Source: Callorhinchus milii
Lineage: Eukaryota
DNA length: 64,000 nucleotides
Reading direction: 5' to 3'
Assembly (NCBI RefSeq): GCF_018977255.1
Contig: NW_024704743.1
Coordinates: forward strand, 26,414,001-26,478,000
Shown here: positions 50,588 through 62,481 of the stretch, one piece after another
Position numbering within the stretch: the stretch's first letter is position 1
How the letters are laid out: every line of letters starts with the position of its first letter
Position numbers and translations under genes: made by a program
The notes under the pieces: model-generated
Seen by the model: the letters and a program-made list of their open reading frames with translations, nothing else
Told to the model about the DNA's origin: nothing
Database searches by the model: none

Positions 50588-50916
50588 TAATAATAATAAT
50601 AATGATAATAATCCTTGCATTTGATATAGCGCTTTTCACGTCGGGAGGACGTCCCAAAGCGCTTCACAGAACACACTGTAAAGTGAATTGACTGTATATT
50701 TGTGGGCGAACGCGGCAGCCAATTGCGCACAGCAGTGTCCCACAAACAGTCGTAGATTGAAAATGACCAATTTATTATTGTTTTTGGTTTTTTGGAGGGA
50801 TTATTATTAGGCGTGTGGAGTAAGGAAACTTGCCCAAGGTTTCGCCCTCTGCCTGGAATTGAACTCTGGTCTCTCACTTGCAAAGCGAGTGCTCTAACCA
50901 CTGAGCTGCAGGACTC
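50588..50916 (-). mobile_element. tRNA-Ala-like SINE, short form, full length
   Basis: Complete head, body and (taa)n tail; stem-loop interior identical to the young L2. Confidence 0.93.
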
Positions 50917-51699
50917 TGTAAGTGTGTGTGTGGGGTGAGTACAAAAGTGGGCTTGACTTGAATCCCTCCACCCCACCCTAATTGAACTCTCCCCACCCCA
51001 CCCACCCCTCAACATGCTCGAACTCCAGCCAACTCTTAATGCCAAGGCTCACAAATGAAAGGTAATGCTAGTGGGACGATAGCCTTGTATGAATTAACAT
51101 CATCAGTAGAGGAGGACAGAGAATTGGAAAGATTAATTGATAGTTTAGCTTCGAGACCTGTTGAGTATGGGAACTTCAGTGAAGGTGAGACTCCTGAAGC
51201 CATTGGACTGAGGACATCGGTCACAACTGCCAGCAATGTCTTGTTTACACTGCTGTTTCACGTTTGCCTGTTCTCTGCTTTGGCTATGAAAAATGATCTC
51301 CAGGGCAAAACAACCAAAAAGCTCTGTGAAAAATAAGGCTGCAGAAACTGAAATAAACAAGGGCCTCAGAGTCCATCCGATGTCAATGTAGTTATTCTTT
51401 AGTGAAAAAATGTGTTCTGTGGTTGAAGCCTGGTTGGCAGTGGCTGTCGGCTGCTGCTTGTGCGCTTGTACATGTGTGGTCTAGGTCTCGGAGCATGTGA
51501 CATTGCTCAGTAAGTGGAGAGTGTCAACTTGTTCTAAATCTTGAAGGATTTGCCTGTGCTGAATAAATAATCCAGGCTCTGGAGTGTACGGGCAGCACAT
51601 TTCACCAGCTGCACCATTTCTGTCTAAATGCTGATTCTGACTATGTTTTTCTTGTCACATTCTGTGTGTCTGAACTAAAAGCAAAAGATCGATCCTGAG

Positions 51700-52190
51700 C
51701 AACAACAAAAACAAAATTGGCTTTGTAAAGCGCCTTTCACGTCGGGAGGACGTCCCAAGGCGCTGGACAATCAGTGTTTCGGCCGCGAGCTGGGGGTCGG
51801 GATCAATGAGGGTGGAGGGGAAGGGGGGGAGGAAGGGTGATTGAAGGCACGGTTGAAGAGGAGCGTCTTGAGATGGGTCTTGAAGGAGGCAAGGGAGGGG
51901 GAGAGGCAGAGGGACTGTGGGATGGATTTCCAGAAGGTGGGGGGCAGTGTGGCTGAAAACCCGCCCACCAATGGTGGGGTGGCCGACGCGGGAGATGGGA
52001 AGCAGGTCGGAGCCCATTGAGCGGAGGGTGCGGGCAGGTTGGTAGGGAGTTAAGAGGTTTCAGAGGTAGGGGGGAGAAAGGCCATTGAGGGCTTTGAAAG
52101 TGAAGACGAGGACCTTGAACTGTATCCTCTGTGTGATGGGAAGCCAGTGGGGTCGGGCGAGGATGGGGGTGATGGGATCACAGGATTCAG
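51700..52190 (-). mobile_element. L2 LINE 3' fragment
   Basis: PTIGGRVFSHTAP, FWKSIPQSLCLSPSLASFKTHLKTLLFNRAF; (caa)n tail. Confidence 0.92.
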
Positions 52191-52369
52191 GAAAGGACTG
52201 AGATGAACAGATGGTGGAACGTAATAAGATGTTTTGTGATTATTACATTTTACAATTGTACTGTACAAATTTGAGAGAATATGCGTTCAGGAACAGTGGC
52301 AAACTATAGTTTGTTGCACATTACTCCCTCTTCTTCTATTGAAAGCATTGAATGATGTTGTGGTACACG

Positions 52370-52650
52370 TCCACAGACACTGTGCTCTGTGGTACCCTGC
52401 TGAAGCGGCCATTATTAATGTGTGAGCCGAGATAATGAGTGTCAGCGGGTTACTGAACCATGCGCGGCTTCATAGCTGAGTCCTATCTCATTCTCACTGA
52501 TGTCTAGAAACAAACACTCTTCACTGATGTCAGTGTATGGTGATCTGGAGCAGCGAGACTGACTGATTGTTTCCACTCTCTGACACGGTTGTCAATTGAA
52601 GGGTTCCTACTGACACCCAGGTTCAAATCAGTTAACTCAGCCCACATCCA
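52370..52650 (-). mobile_element. LF-SINE-like element
   Basis: ggccattattaatgtgtgagccgag..gagtgtcagc..catagctgagtcctatc..cagttaactcagc. Confidence 0.65.
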
Positions 52651-53269
52651 AGGGGCCAAAATATTACCTGTAAAACAACTTTAATAGTAGAATTTAAGAT
52701 TGTACAATATTATGGAAACAGTTTACATTTCATTCCTTTTCTAAAATAGTTTGTCCATTTATTTTTCTGATTTTCTTCTCACTGGCATATTCCTCTCTGC
52801 TCCCGGTCTGACCTCCTCGCTACTCCCCGTCTGTCTCAAAGATGTCTCAAAGCACTTCACGTGATTTCCTGTAAAGTGTAATAGTGCCTGTAAATTTGTA
52901 GGCGAACATATTTGTTACACCACTTCATTATGAAATTGTAAATACCGCAAGCGTACAGACAAAGCAACATGATACAAAGCCCCATATCATAGCAAAAAAA
53001 CAGATAAAAAAACCGCAGTACTGGGACCAGAAATCTGAGCTAATTGAAATGTGAGTAGTTTGAGTTAAAATAGGTCCTTGTTTTTTTCAGCTTAAGTTTC
53101 CTTTTAAAATAGTTTCCATTCTAGCAGCCCCACCAAAGCCAAATCAAAATGAATTAAAAAAATGGAGTTGATCCAAGCCTTCATTTATGACAACGATTTG
53201 TGACCGTGATTTCATTGTTGGAATCCCAGGATTTGGAGTGGGAAATTATAATAATAATAATAATGCAAT

Positions 53270-53500
53270 ACCAAGTTACATTTGTATGGCGCCTTTCACT
53301 TCGGAAGAATGCCCCAAGGCGCTGGACAGTCAGGGATTTGAATCCGAGGTGATGGTGCGGGTGGGGGGTGTGGTGTAGTTGGGATAAAGGAGGGTGGAGG
53401 ACAGGGAGGGTAGGTGCATGGCCGAAGGCACGGTGAAAGAGGAGGGTCTTGAAACCTGCCTTGAAGGGAGGTGAAGGGAATGTGGGATGAAGTTCCAAAG
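53270..53500 (-). mobile_element. L2 3' fragment
   Basis: LWNFIPHSL, FKAGFKTLLFHRAFG, tail stem-loop. Confidence 0.85.
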
Positions 53501-54724
53501 GTTACATTTTTTTTCAGTGATTTGCATCCTTAGGAATGTTAGCTTCTGTGATTTTTAAAAAAAGAAGTTCTGTCGTAATAATAGTTCATTTCATGTTTCA
53601 GCATGGGGGTCAGTTGCGCAGTTTCATTTCTCTTTGCTTCCGAACAGCCACAACCTGTCAGATACCTGGGTCTAAATAAAGACTGCTGTTACCTTTAGCA
53701 TGTTGCACAACTCAGTGAACTCCTGCAAAGTGGAAAGAGAGTGCTTTATGTCAGCACAAAGGCTGGTTTTCAGCACAGCTGAAAGGAGCTTTGTACTTGT
53801 TGGACACTTCATGACTTGGCTCCCTTCCAGCAAAACAACATCTTGTAATTGAAGGTTTCTTATTCTGAACTTGTTTCCTTCCCCATCCCACTCCCCACCC
53901 TGCCCACCCCTCACTCCCCCACCCCGCCCGCCCCCCACTACCCCCCCTCTGAAATGAAAGATTCATTAGTAGCATGAGGAGTCATGTAACTACTCTATGG
54001 AGAGTGTAGAATGAAAGGTACTGAAAATTGTTACGCTCTGTTTTGGGTAAAACATGGGAAATTCACTGAAACCTGTTAAGGATGACCACAGGGAGCGCAT
54101 TGTGAAGCACCATAAATTTCATCCCTTTAAGTAATATTCAAGTATTTTGAGAAACACACTAGCATAACAATATTAATAATTCTTACATATGATACAGCTC
54201 TTCATCACGTTGTTGAAATGTTTCAATGCTCTTCAGAGGATTTACTGCAGAGTACGGTGAATGCGTATTTTGTAGGTGAACTCTCATCAGGGTTATGGAC
54301 ATTGTTATTCTGTAGGTGGTGAGTTGGGATGGCTATAATTCGCCAGGAGCTGGGTGTATCACCTAAGTGGTCATTCTTCAGTAGTGAGTTTAGACAGTGA
54401 GTACTGTTATTCGACCTCCGAACCATGGGGGAAGAGAGGGGATATACAATACAGTTTACATTTATATAGCACCTTTCATGTTGGAGGTTGCCTTGAATTG
54501 CTTGATACCAAAGTTCACCATACCAAAGCTCAAAAGCTTCCCTTTCGAGCGGTACACAAATAAAATTGCTGCTGTCAATGGACTGTGCTTGTAAACAAAA
54601 CTGATAGTGGAGGCAACCAAACATCCTGGGAGAAGTGACTTGATATGCACATTAAAGCATTTCTGTTTGTCAGTAGAGAGGGATTAAAGAGCTGTGAATC
54701 ATTTCCTCAATAGCATTTAGGAAG

Positions 54725-55107
54725 TTTATTTATTGTGACTTTCATGTTAGGAGAATGTCCCAAAGTTTTACTATGAAGTATAGTAACTACATGTTTTACA
54801 GGTGAATGTGCAGCCGATTTGCGCACTGCAGTGTACTGCAAACAGCTGGGATATGAATGACCAATTCCTTTATTGTTAGCTAGGACATTATGAGAAACTC
54901 TCCTCTCTTTTTGAAAGGTGCCATGGGATCTTCAATTTTCATGAGCAGACAGGATTTCAGTTCAATGTCATGTTGAAAGGATGGCACCTCCGACATTGCA
55001 GCACACTCCTGGTAACTGCATTCCAGTGTCAGTCTGAACTATATGAGTTTGAAGTCCCAAAAACCTGCTGATTCAAAGTTGAGAGTGCTACTAACTTTAT
55101 ACTGATG
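54725..55107 (-). mobile_element. Deu-domain SINE
   Basis: gtgccatgggatctt..ggatggcacctccgacattgcagcac..gagagtgctactaact. Confidence 0.78.
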
Positions 55108-56031
55108 CCTAAAGGAGCATCTAGGAAGGGCAGTTGAGACCAGGATGCTGGACTCGTTTAATAAACAGTTTGATGCTGTGAAGGGAATACAATATGTTGG
55201 GTATTCTGGAAGGTGAAATAAAATGGGTCGAAGAGCTCTCTTCATCTCATTTGTGATCTTAGGACCTTTAGCATCAAGCATGTATGGTTATTCTTGTGTT
55301 ACATTTCACATTATAAATTTCCCAAAGATTTATTGACAAGGGGAGAATCACCCCTTTACTTTATTAACTTGTTTATGATTTTGAATTTTAATATTGGTCC
55401 ATTTTATACACATTAAAGTGTTGATGAGTGTGAAATTGACTAATTTAAATGGTCCATTAAATTTTGACCATTCGTTCATTAAATGTTGATGCTAGGAAAG
55501 AAAAACAAAATCCTTTTATCACTTTAGGAGCATTGAGTACCCACTGGGCAGGTCTAGCATGGGTTCGATACCAAAGTAAAATTCCTACATTTTGATCCAA
55601 CGAATAGATGCTTACATGAGTGGGATCCTGTCCATCATTTTACTTTTGGCAAGGTGATGGTGAAAGATACTCTCTTGTGTCTGTATGGCAGTGAGTTTAT
55701 ATGGACTTCACAATTGCAGAATAAATCTAACCAGGTATTGTGCTCAATACTATCAACCTCCACTTTGGCCGCTTTATATAAGCACCAGATTCCCTTTCTG
55801 CCAGTAGTTTATAACGAAAGGTTTATGGATATACTCCAGTTCTATTGAAAAGGTTTAGAATAATGGCAATATATGTGGCCAAATAGAGTACATGTTCGGG
55901 AATAGATGCAAACGACAAATAATTAGATTACTTGATGCCATCTTATTCAGTGGTTTATTTTTCATAATCTATCCATCCTTTTCTTGAGGAATACTTTATG
56001 CATCCTGCACTTTGCGTGTACCATATATCAG

Positions 56032-56468
56032 GTATCAGCCTGACCCACTTGGCAGCACTCTTGCCTCTGAATAAGAAGACTGTGAGTTCAAGACCCACTT
56101 TGGGCTTTGGAGCCTCGTAGTGTAGGCTGATACTCCCATAGAAGGAGAGAGCTGGAGGGAGTGCTGCATTATTGGAGGTGTCCTCCAGATGAGATGTTAA
56201 ATCGAGGTCCCATCTGTCTGTTTAGGTGGATTTTAAAAATCCCATGGTATTATTTGAAAAGAAAAGAAAGGTCTTGGTGTCCTGGTCAAACAATAATCGT
56301 CCTGATAAAATTGGTCATTCAACGCTGCCGTTTTTGCTTACAAAATACACAGAGCCACAGTCATCCATACAATACAACTTGCAGGACCTTTCGCATCCGG
56401 AGGATGTTTTTTAAAGCACTCAGTGTGGTAAGGCTCTATATCAAACGTAGGGATTATTATCATTATTA
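56032..56468 (+). mobile_element. Deu-domain SINE, full length
   Basis: Head, gagggagtgctgcattattggaggtg..gatgagatgttaaatcgaggtcccatctg core, tail. Confidence 0.85.
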
Positions 56469-57144
56469 CCAATGATATTTTCATGTTAAGTAGGGCATGT
56501 GCTCTTGAATAGAAATAAAGACATCAATGTGGAGTTGCGGTCATCAGTATTATGACCATTGTAAAACTTTTTTTTCACTCGGATTTAAATAACATTATTG
56601 GGTGAAAATGCAATATTTTGTAACAGATTCAATATGACAGTTATGAAATGTCACCTTTCTCTCCTTTCTCTGTCCAATCCTTATCAAGGAATAACTTATC
56701 AAACATAACTATTGCTTGTGTTATCAGGGAAACAGACAGTGTGTCCTATGTCTGTTAGCTCCAAGTACTTTCCCACATGTTAGGCACTATCAGTTACACA
56801 GGAATGTGGAGACATTTGGTATTTGAGCTGTAGTCTGTGAAAAGATCAAGGGGTGTTTGATGTGAGGAGGTTTACTGTTGATGCTCTAAATGCTTGTGTA
56901 GAGTCCAGTTGCCCTGCCACTCCAGTAGACAATGGGAGTTGGTCAGAAATGTTGTCTCTCTCCAGTTCCATGCAGGAAGCCTAGATAAATGGGTAAAGGC
57001 CTAGAAAGATTTTTCCAACAGGGGTAAACGGGGATGGTGATAACTAAAGCGCCAGTTGCATTTTCCTGTTTCCAGTGCCTATGCTTGCAGTACTTACTAT
57101 GCTGCTTAGTGGTTGTTGATTTGCCTTTTGTTGCTGATACAGTT

Positions 57145-57598
57145 GCCCCATTCTCGCCCGACTCCATTGGCTCTCTATCCTTCAGAGGATCCAGTTCAAG
57201 ATCTTGGTCCTCACCTATAAAGCCCTCCATGGCCTCGCCCCACCCTAATTCTGTGACCTTCTAACCCTCTACCAACCCGCCCACTCCCTCCGCTCAGCCG
57301 GCTCCGGCCTGCTCCATGTCCCCCGACCCACTCGCCCCACCATTGGCGGGAGAGCCTTCAGACACTCTGCCCCCAACCTCTAGAATTCCATCCCCCAATC
57401 ACTCCGCCTCACACCCTCCTTAGCCTCCTTCAAGTCTGGCCTCAAGACCCTCCTCTTCAACCATGCCATCGGACACCCCCGTTCCCCTCCCCACCCATCT
57501 CACCCCCGACCCCAGCTTGGGTCTGAAATGCTGTACTCTGTCCAGCGCCCTCCTGACATGAAAGGCGCTATACAAATGTAATCTTGTTGTTGTTGTTG
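57145..57598 (+). mobile_element. L2 LINE 3' fragment
   Basis: LARLHWL..QRIQFKILVLTYKALHGLAP, IGGRAF, FKSGLKTLLF; (ttg)n tail. Confidence 0.92.
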
Positions 57599-58269
57599 TA
57601 AAGACCAGTTGGGATCTGGTCTTATCTCTCATTGTCACATGATTTGATTCCATGGGCATCTCTAGTCTTGTTACTTGACTCCGAAATCCTATTCCCTGTC
57701 GGATAAAAAGGTTATTGATAAGCTCTTTACCTCTAGCTGCAAGGTATATGTGCATTGTTCCACATATTCCTCTAAAATGGGGAAAAGGAAGGGGGGAGGA
57801 TAGGTGCAGAGTAGTGTTAAAATATCTTTCCTAGTTCAATGCAGGTTTTGCAATCTTCTATTTGTGTTCCTCTTAAAGATGCTGATTCATGCTGGTGCAC
57901 ACACCTCCTCCCTTCGCCCTCTCCCACCACCCTCTTCTGTCTCTTACGTAACTTAATACAATGAGGTAATGTTTGAAAATATTTCCAAAACAAAACCCAG
58001 ACGACGATGATAGCTTCCCACAGACAGAAAATAAATCTTTGATGAAGCTATTTCCAGGGTCCCGGTTATTCCTAACACTCACAGTTGTTTTTGCAATAAA
58101 CTTCAGTTGTGTAGTGGCCGCCACGCCCCTAACGTCTGGAACTCGCCACCTCAACAGGTGCTGTACTTCATGTTGGAGCACTTGATATGGATTTGAAGCT
58201 GGATCTTGCAGTCACCTGAAAATAATGCTTAAAAAGCAGTGGTTCCTGTGGAAACCCAGCTCCATGCTT

Positions 58270-58620
58270 TAGTGTAACTGAACTACTGAGAGTTCTATAG
58301 ATGCGTGGATGTTTTTGTTTGTGTTGTATGGCCTATGCATGCTCTCCCCAGGCGGTTGGGGGTCACCCATCTTACCCAATCCCAGAAGGTTTAGGTGAAA
58401 GTTGATGAGAACCAAGGCTTGGGGACCCAAAGAGTGTGTGTTGGGGTACTGCTGGAGCCTACCTAGCTTTAACAGCACAGCTTGCGATTGAGAGCACTGT
58501 CTGGCAAACTTCCCTCTGCTTTCCCATTCTTACCCATTAGGGCATGGACTTGCAAGGTTAACAGGAACCGAGTGGGATGAATTCCAATCTCCAGTGAGTG
58601 GTTTGCTTCTTCATGTCCTG
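58270..58620 (+). repeat. Unclassified interspersed repeat, copy C
   Basis: ggggacccaaagagtgtgtgttggggtactgctgg..gttaacaggaaccgagtgggatga shared with 15605-16035. Confidence 0.75.
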
Positions 58621-59559
58621 CTTTCTTTCATCATAAAAGGCTTGAAGAACTAATCATATTAAACAAGAGAGATTAATGTTACATATCTTAGTGATAACAT
58701 CAAAGGTAACTTGTCATCTCTAGCTCACCTTGATTAGTTACTTTTGATTGTAACTGATAGAATGAGGGCAGGTTAAAGCGATAGCATAAACAATAAACTT
58801 GTTGAAAGAGTTTAACTTTACAGTTTAAATATGTCTTCCTTTTGTATATTTAAATGTACCCTTAGGTGTCAGTCTGGCTTAGTGGGCAGCATTTTTGCCT
58901 TTGAGTCAAAAGATTGGTGAGTTCAAACCCGACTACTTCTGTTTAGGTTAGCCTTTAGGTTAGTTTTGACATCCTAATTGAGCTGCTTTGGTCATGGTCT
59001 TTCTGTGATTCTCTTTTTGTTTGTGGGAATATGCATTGCCCTATACTAGTGAAGCATAAAGCTTTCAAAGCACAAGCTCCCTTTAAATTTGTGGCTTTGG
59101 CTCTTCTCCCAGGAATATAATGAAATAGCCTGGGGCGTCCAATATTTATTAGTAACCCAAAAAGATATTTTTGACAGGGGCATGATGTATTGTTTAATTA
59201 CACATGTAGATGATGTGTTGCTCTGATCCACATGCCTCATGCTCAATTATGTTTGTGCAATCTACCACAACGTAACACAGTTGAGCCAATTTCTTTCAGT
59301 ACAGTGCCCAATCCTTCCATTAAATGCATCATTTCAGACCTGCGTCACCATAATGTGTCGCGCTGACTGCATAATTTCACGGACATTCAGATCACAAAAC
59401 ATGACAACCTGGATCAATAAAATGAAATCTGGAAAGATGAATAGAAAAGCTCCAACCAACATAACACTTTAAGCTTATTTTGCACATTAAATAGCTGTTC
59501 TAATTAGTAAACAAACAAAAGCAATGTTGCAATCTCCTTGCTCAACAATACTTGTTCCT

Positions 59560-59890
59560 GTACCTGGCACTACAGTGAGGTGCTAGGTCAGCACTGCCTT
59601 GTTGTAGGTGTTGATCTTCACATGAGCCATCAAATCAAGATCATCTCTACCTGTTCAAATGGATGTTAAAAATTCCATGCAATATTTGAAAAGAGAAGAG
59701 TGTTTCTCCCAATATCCTGGCCAACAATCTCCTTGATAAACATGAGCATTCACTTCATGGCTGTTTGTGGGTCATTGCTGTGAGAAAATTGGCTGCTGAG
59801 TTCTCTGACAAATACACTTTACAGCAATTATTTGCAGTGTGATTTGAAAAGTTATATACGCTATATCAAATCCAAGGATTATTATAATTG
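59560..59890 (+). mobile_element. Deu-domain SINE body and tail
   Basis: acctgttcaaatggatgttaaaaattccatg..cacttcatggctgtttgtggg..gctatatcaaatccaaggattatt. Confidence 0.75.
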
Positions 59891-60940
59891 TTATCTATCA
59901 AATAAATGCTTCTGTCTTTCCACTTTATCACTATTATTGACCTCAAAGCAAGAGAAAGCCTTGGTACTCCCTATTAGATAAAGTAACTGCCTGGTGGAGC
60001 ACATTGGGCACAAAATTACTTACTCAACATTATGGTAAATTAAGAATACTAGTGTAATTTGGGGTATTAACGGGAAAACAAGGGTTAATTGTACAAACTT
60101 AATTTGTGAAAGTCTTTTATATCTGTTTATTGGAGATACAGTTGTCCAATGAAAAACACTAAAAATGACTTTGTTTTATACGAGTTATGACACTTTCCAA
60201 ATATATCAAAAACTTGCTATTTTCCCAAGAACAGCAAGAATCTAGGTATACAGCTCTGTAAATCTATAAACTATACATTGTGATGCTGGGAATTCAAAAG
60301 AACTTTAGTGACATATATCCGTGCCGGAAATATGAAAATGCAGAACCAACAAATGACTAAAAACAGCTGATTATGTCAAATTAAATTTATTAAATAATGA
60401 AGAAGAAATTACAGTATATAAAATATTTTAAGCCATCATCAGATTTCTGTCATCTTCGCACAAGCCTTCAGCTCCATCAATGCCATCAATGCACGCTTGG
60501 GTATGAAAATGTGAAAACACTGGCATAATTCACCCGGCCTGTAACTTCTGTGTCCATTCATACTTTGGGTGTGTTGCACAGTCAAGGTTATTGATGGCTC
60601 AAAAAACACCTTTGTGGCTCAGGACACAGGAAGCTAGGTATAGTTGGCCCTGGAGCTCAGCTTTTTCCTCCTGCCTTGCTATACTTTTCTGCATTCCATG
60701 ATGTTTGCTCTTCCATTTCCATTGACAGTGATGTTTGTCCAGGTGGTGATTGTGTTTGTTGTGTATGTTGACCCAGGGTTAGAGTCTCATCCTGAAAACT
60801 GCCTCTAAGTGACTATGGTCTGGTGTCAATTTTAGCCCTGCCAGAGACAAAGACTTAAAAAGTACAATTTTCATAAATAATAATAATCCTTGCATTTGAT
60901 ATAGCAACTTTCATGTTGGGAGGACATCTCAAATTGTTTC

Positions 60941-62481
60941 AACAACAACAACAAAATTACATTTGTATTGCGCCTTTCACGTCGGGAGGATGTCCCAAGG
61001 CGCTGGACAGATAGAGTTACGGACCTGAGCTGAGGGTTGGGGTGGGGGAGGGGGAATGCAGGGGGGGAAGCAGGGAGATCGAAAGCACGGTCGAAGAAGA
61101 GGGTCTTGAGATAGATCTTGAAGGTGGCGAGGGAGGGGGCGAAACGGAGGGACTGTGGGATGGAGTTCCAGAGGGTGGGTGCAGAGTGGCGGAAGGCCCA
61201 CCCGCCGCTAGTGGGGCAAGCAACGCGTGAGACATGAAGCAGGCTGGAGCCCGGTGAACGGAGAGAGCGAACAGGGTAATAGGGGGTGAGGAGGTCGGAG
61301 AGCTCGGGGGGAAGCAAGACCATGGAGGGCTTTGACGGTGAGGAGGAGCAGGATCTTAAATGGTATCTTCTGTGTGATGGGAAGCCAGTGGAGTTGGGCG
61401 AGGATGGGGGTGATAGGGTCGCGGAGCCTGGTGCAGGAGAGGACACGGGTTGCAAAATTCTGGATGGTCTGCAGCCTGTGGAGGGAGGAGTTGGGGGGCC
61501 GACAAGCAGGGAGTTTGCATAGTCAAGCCTCGATGTAATGAAAGCATGTATGAGGGTTTCGGCGACCTGCTGTGTCAGACAGTGTCGGAGCTGGGCGACG
61601 TTGCAGAGGTGGGGCAAGGTAGAGCGGGTCATGGCGCAATGTAGGTTAGAAAGGATAGTTGAGGGTCAAATAAGACCCCAAGGTTCCGCACTGGCTTAAC
61701 AAGGTGGAGTGTGCAACCATGGATGGTGATGCTGTCAGTGCCTGAGGTAATGAGGCGCTGACGGGATCCAATCAGGAGAGCCTCGGTCTTGTTGACGTTC
61801 AACTGTAGAAAGTTAGCTCTCATTCAGGACTCGATGTCTGACAGACACTCTATCAGGACAGCAGTGGTCCTGGAGTCAAAGGTGGAGGCAGAGAAGTAAA
61901 GTTGGGTGTCATCCGCATACATGTGGAAGTTGACCCCATGTCTGCAGATGATGTAACCAAGAGGGAGCATATAGATGTTGAAGAGTAGAGGACCAAGGAC
62001 AGAGCCCTGAGAAATGCCGCACGAGATGGTCCAAGGGCTAGAGGAGAAGCGATTTGAGGAAATGAAGTGCAGGCGGTGTGAGAGGTACAACCTGAACCAA
62101 TCAAGGACAGCGCTGTGGAGGTTGAGGTGAGAGGAGAGGCCGTGGATGAGGATAGAGTGATCGACATCGTCGAAAGCAGCAGAGAGGTCAAGGAGGATGA
62201 GGAGGCAGAGGGAGCCCTGGTCGCAGATGGACAGAATGTTGCTGTGGGCGGCACGGAAGCCCGATTGGAGGAGTTTGAGAAGGGACTGGAGGTAGAGGAA
62301 GGAGCAAATCTGAGAAACAACAACTCATTTCAGGTCCTTGGAGAGGAAGGAGAAATTGGAGTTGGGGTGGTAGTTAGGGAGAAGAGAAGGGTCCAGGGAG
62401 AGTTTTTTTAAGAATAGGAGTGATGACACTGTTTTTTAAAGGGGTGGGAACAGTACCAGAGGACAGGGAAAGGTTAACGAC
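60941..62481 (-). mobile_element. L2 LINE, 5'-truncated (about 1.55 kb), reverse transcriptase pseudogene, inserted in a SINE tail region
   Basis: LLDLSAAFDDVDH, GISQGSVLGPLLFNIYMLPLG, HMYADDTQLY, NFLQLNVNKTE, VRNLGVLFD, LIHAFITSRLDYANSLL; stops and frameshifts; SINE pieces at 60873-60940 and about 62482-62565. Confidence 0.96.

Noticed and set aside
50250..51045. His/Thr-rich ORFs on the minus strand
   Set aside because: Translation of a (TG)n-rich tract plus a SINE.
51055..51336. 93-aa ATG ORF in unique sequence followed by AATAAA
   Set aside because: No recognisable domain, weak Kozak context, no splice support; length is within chance expectation for 64 kb.
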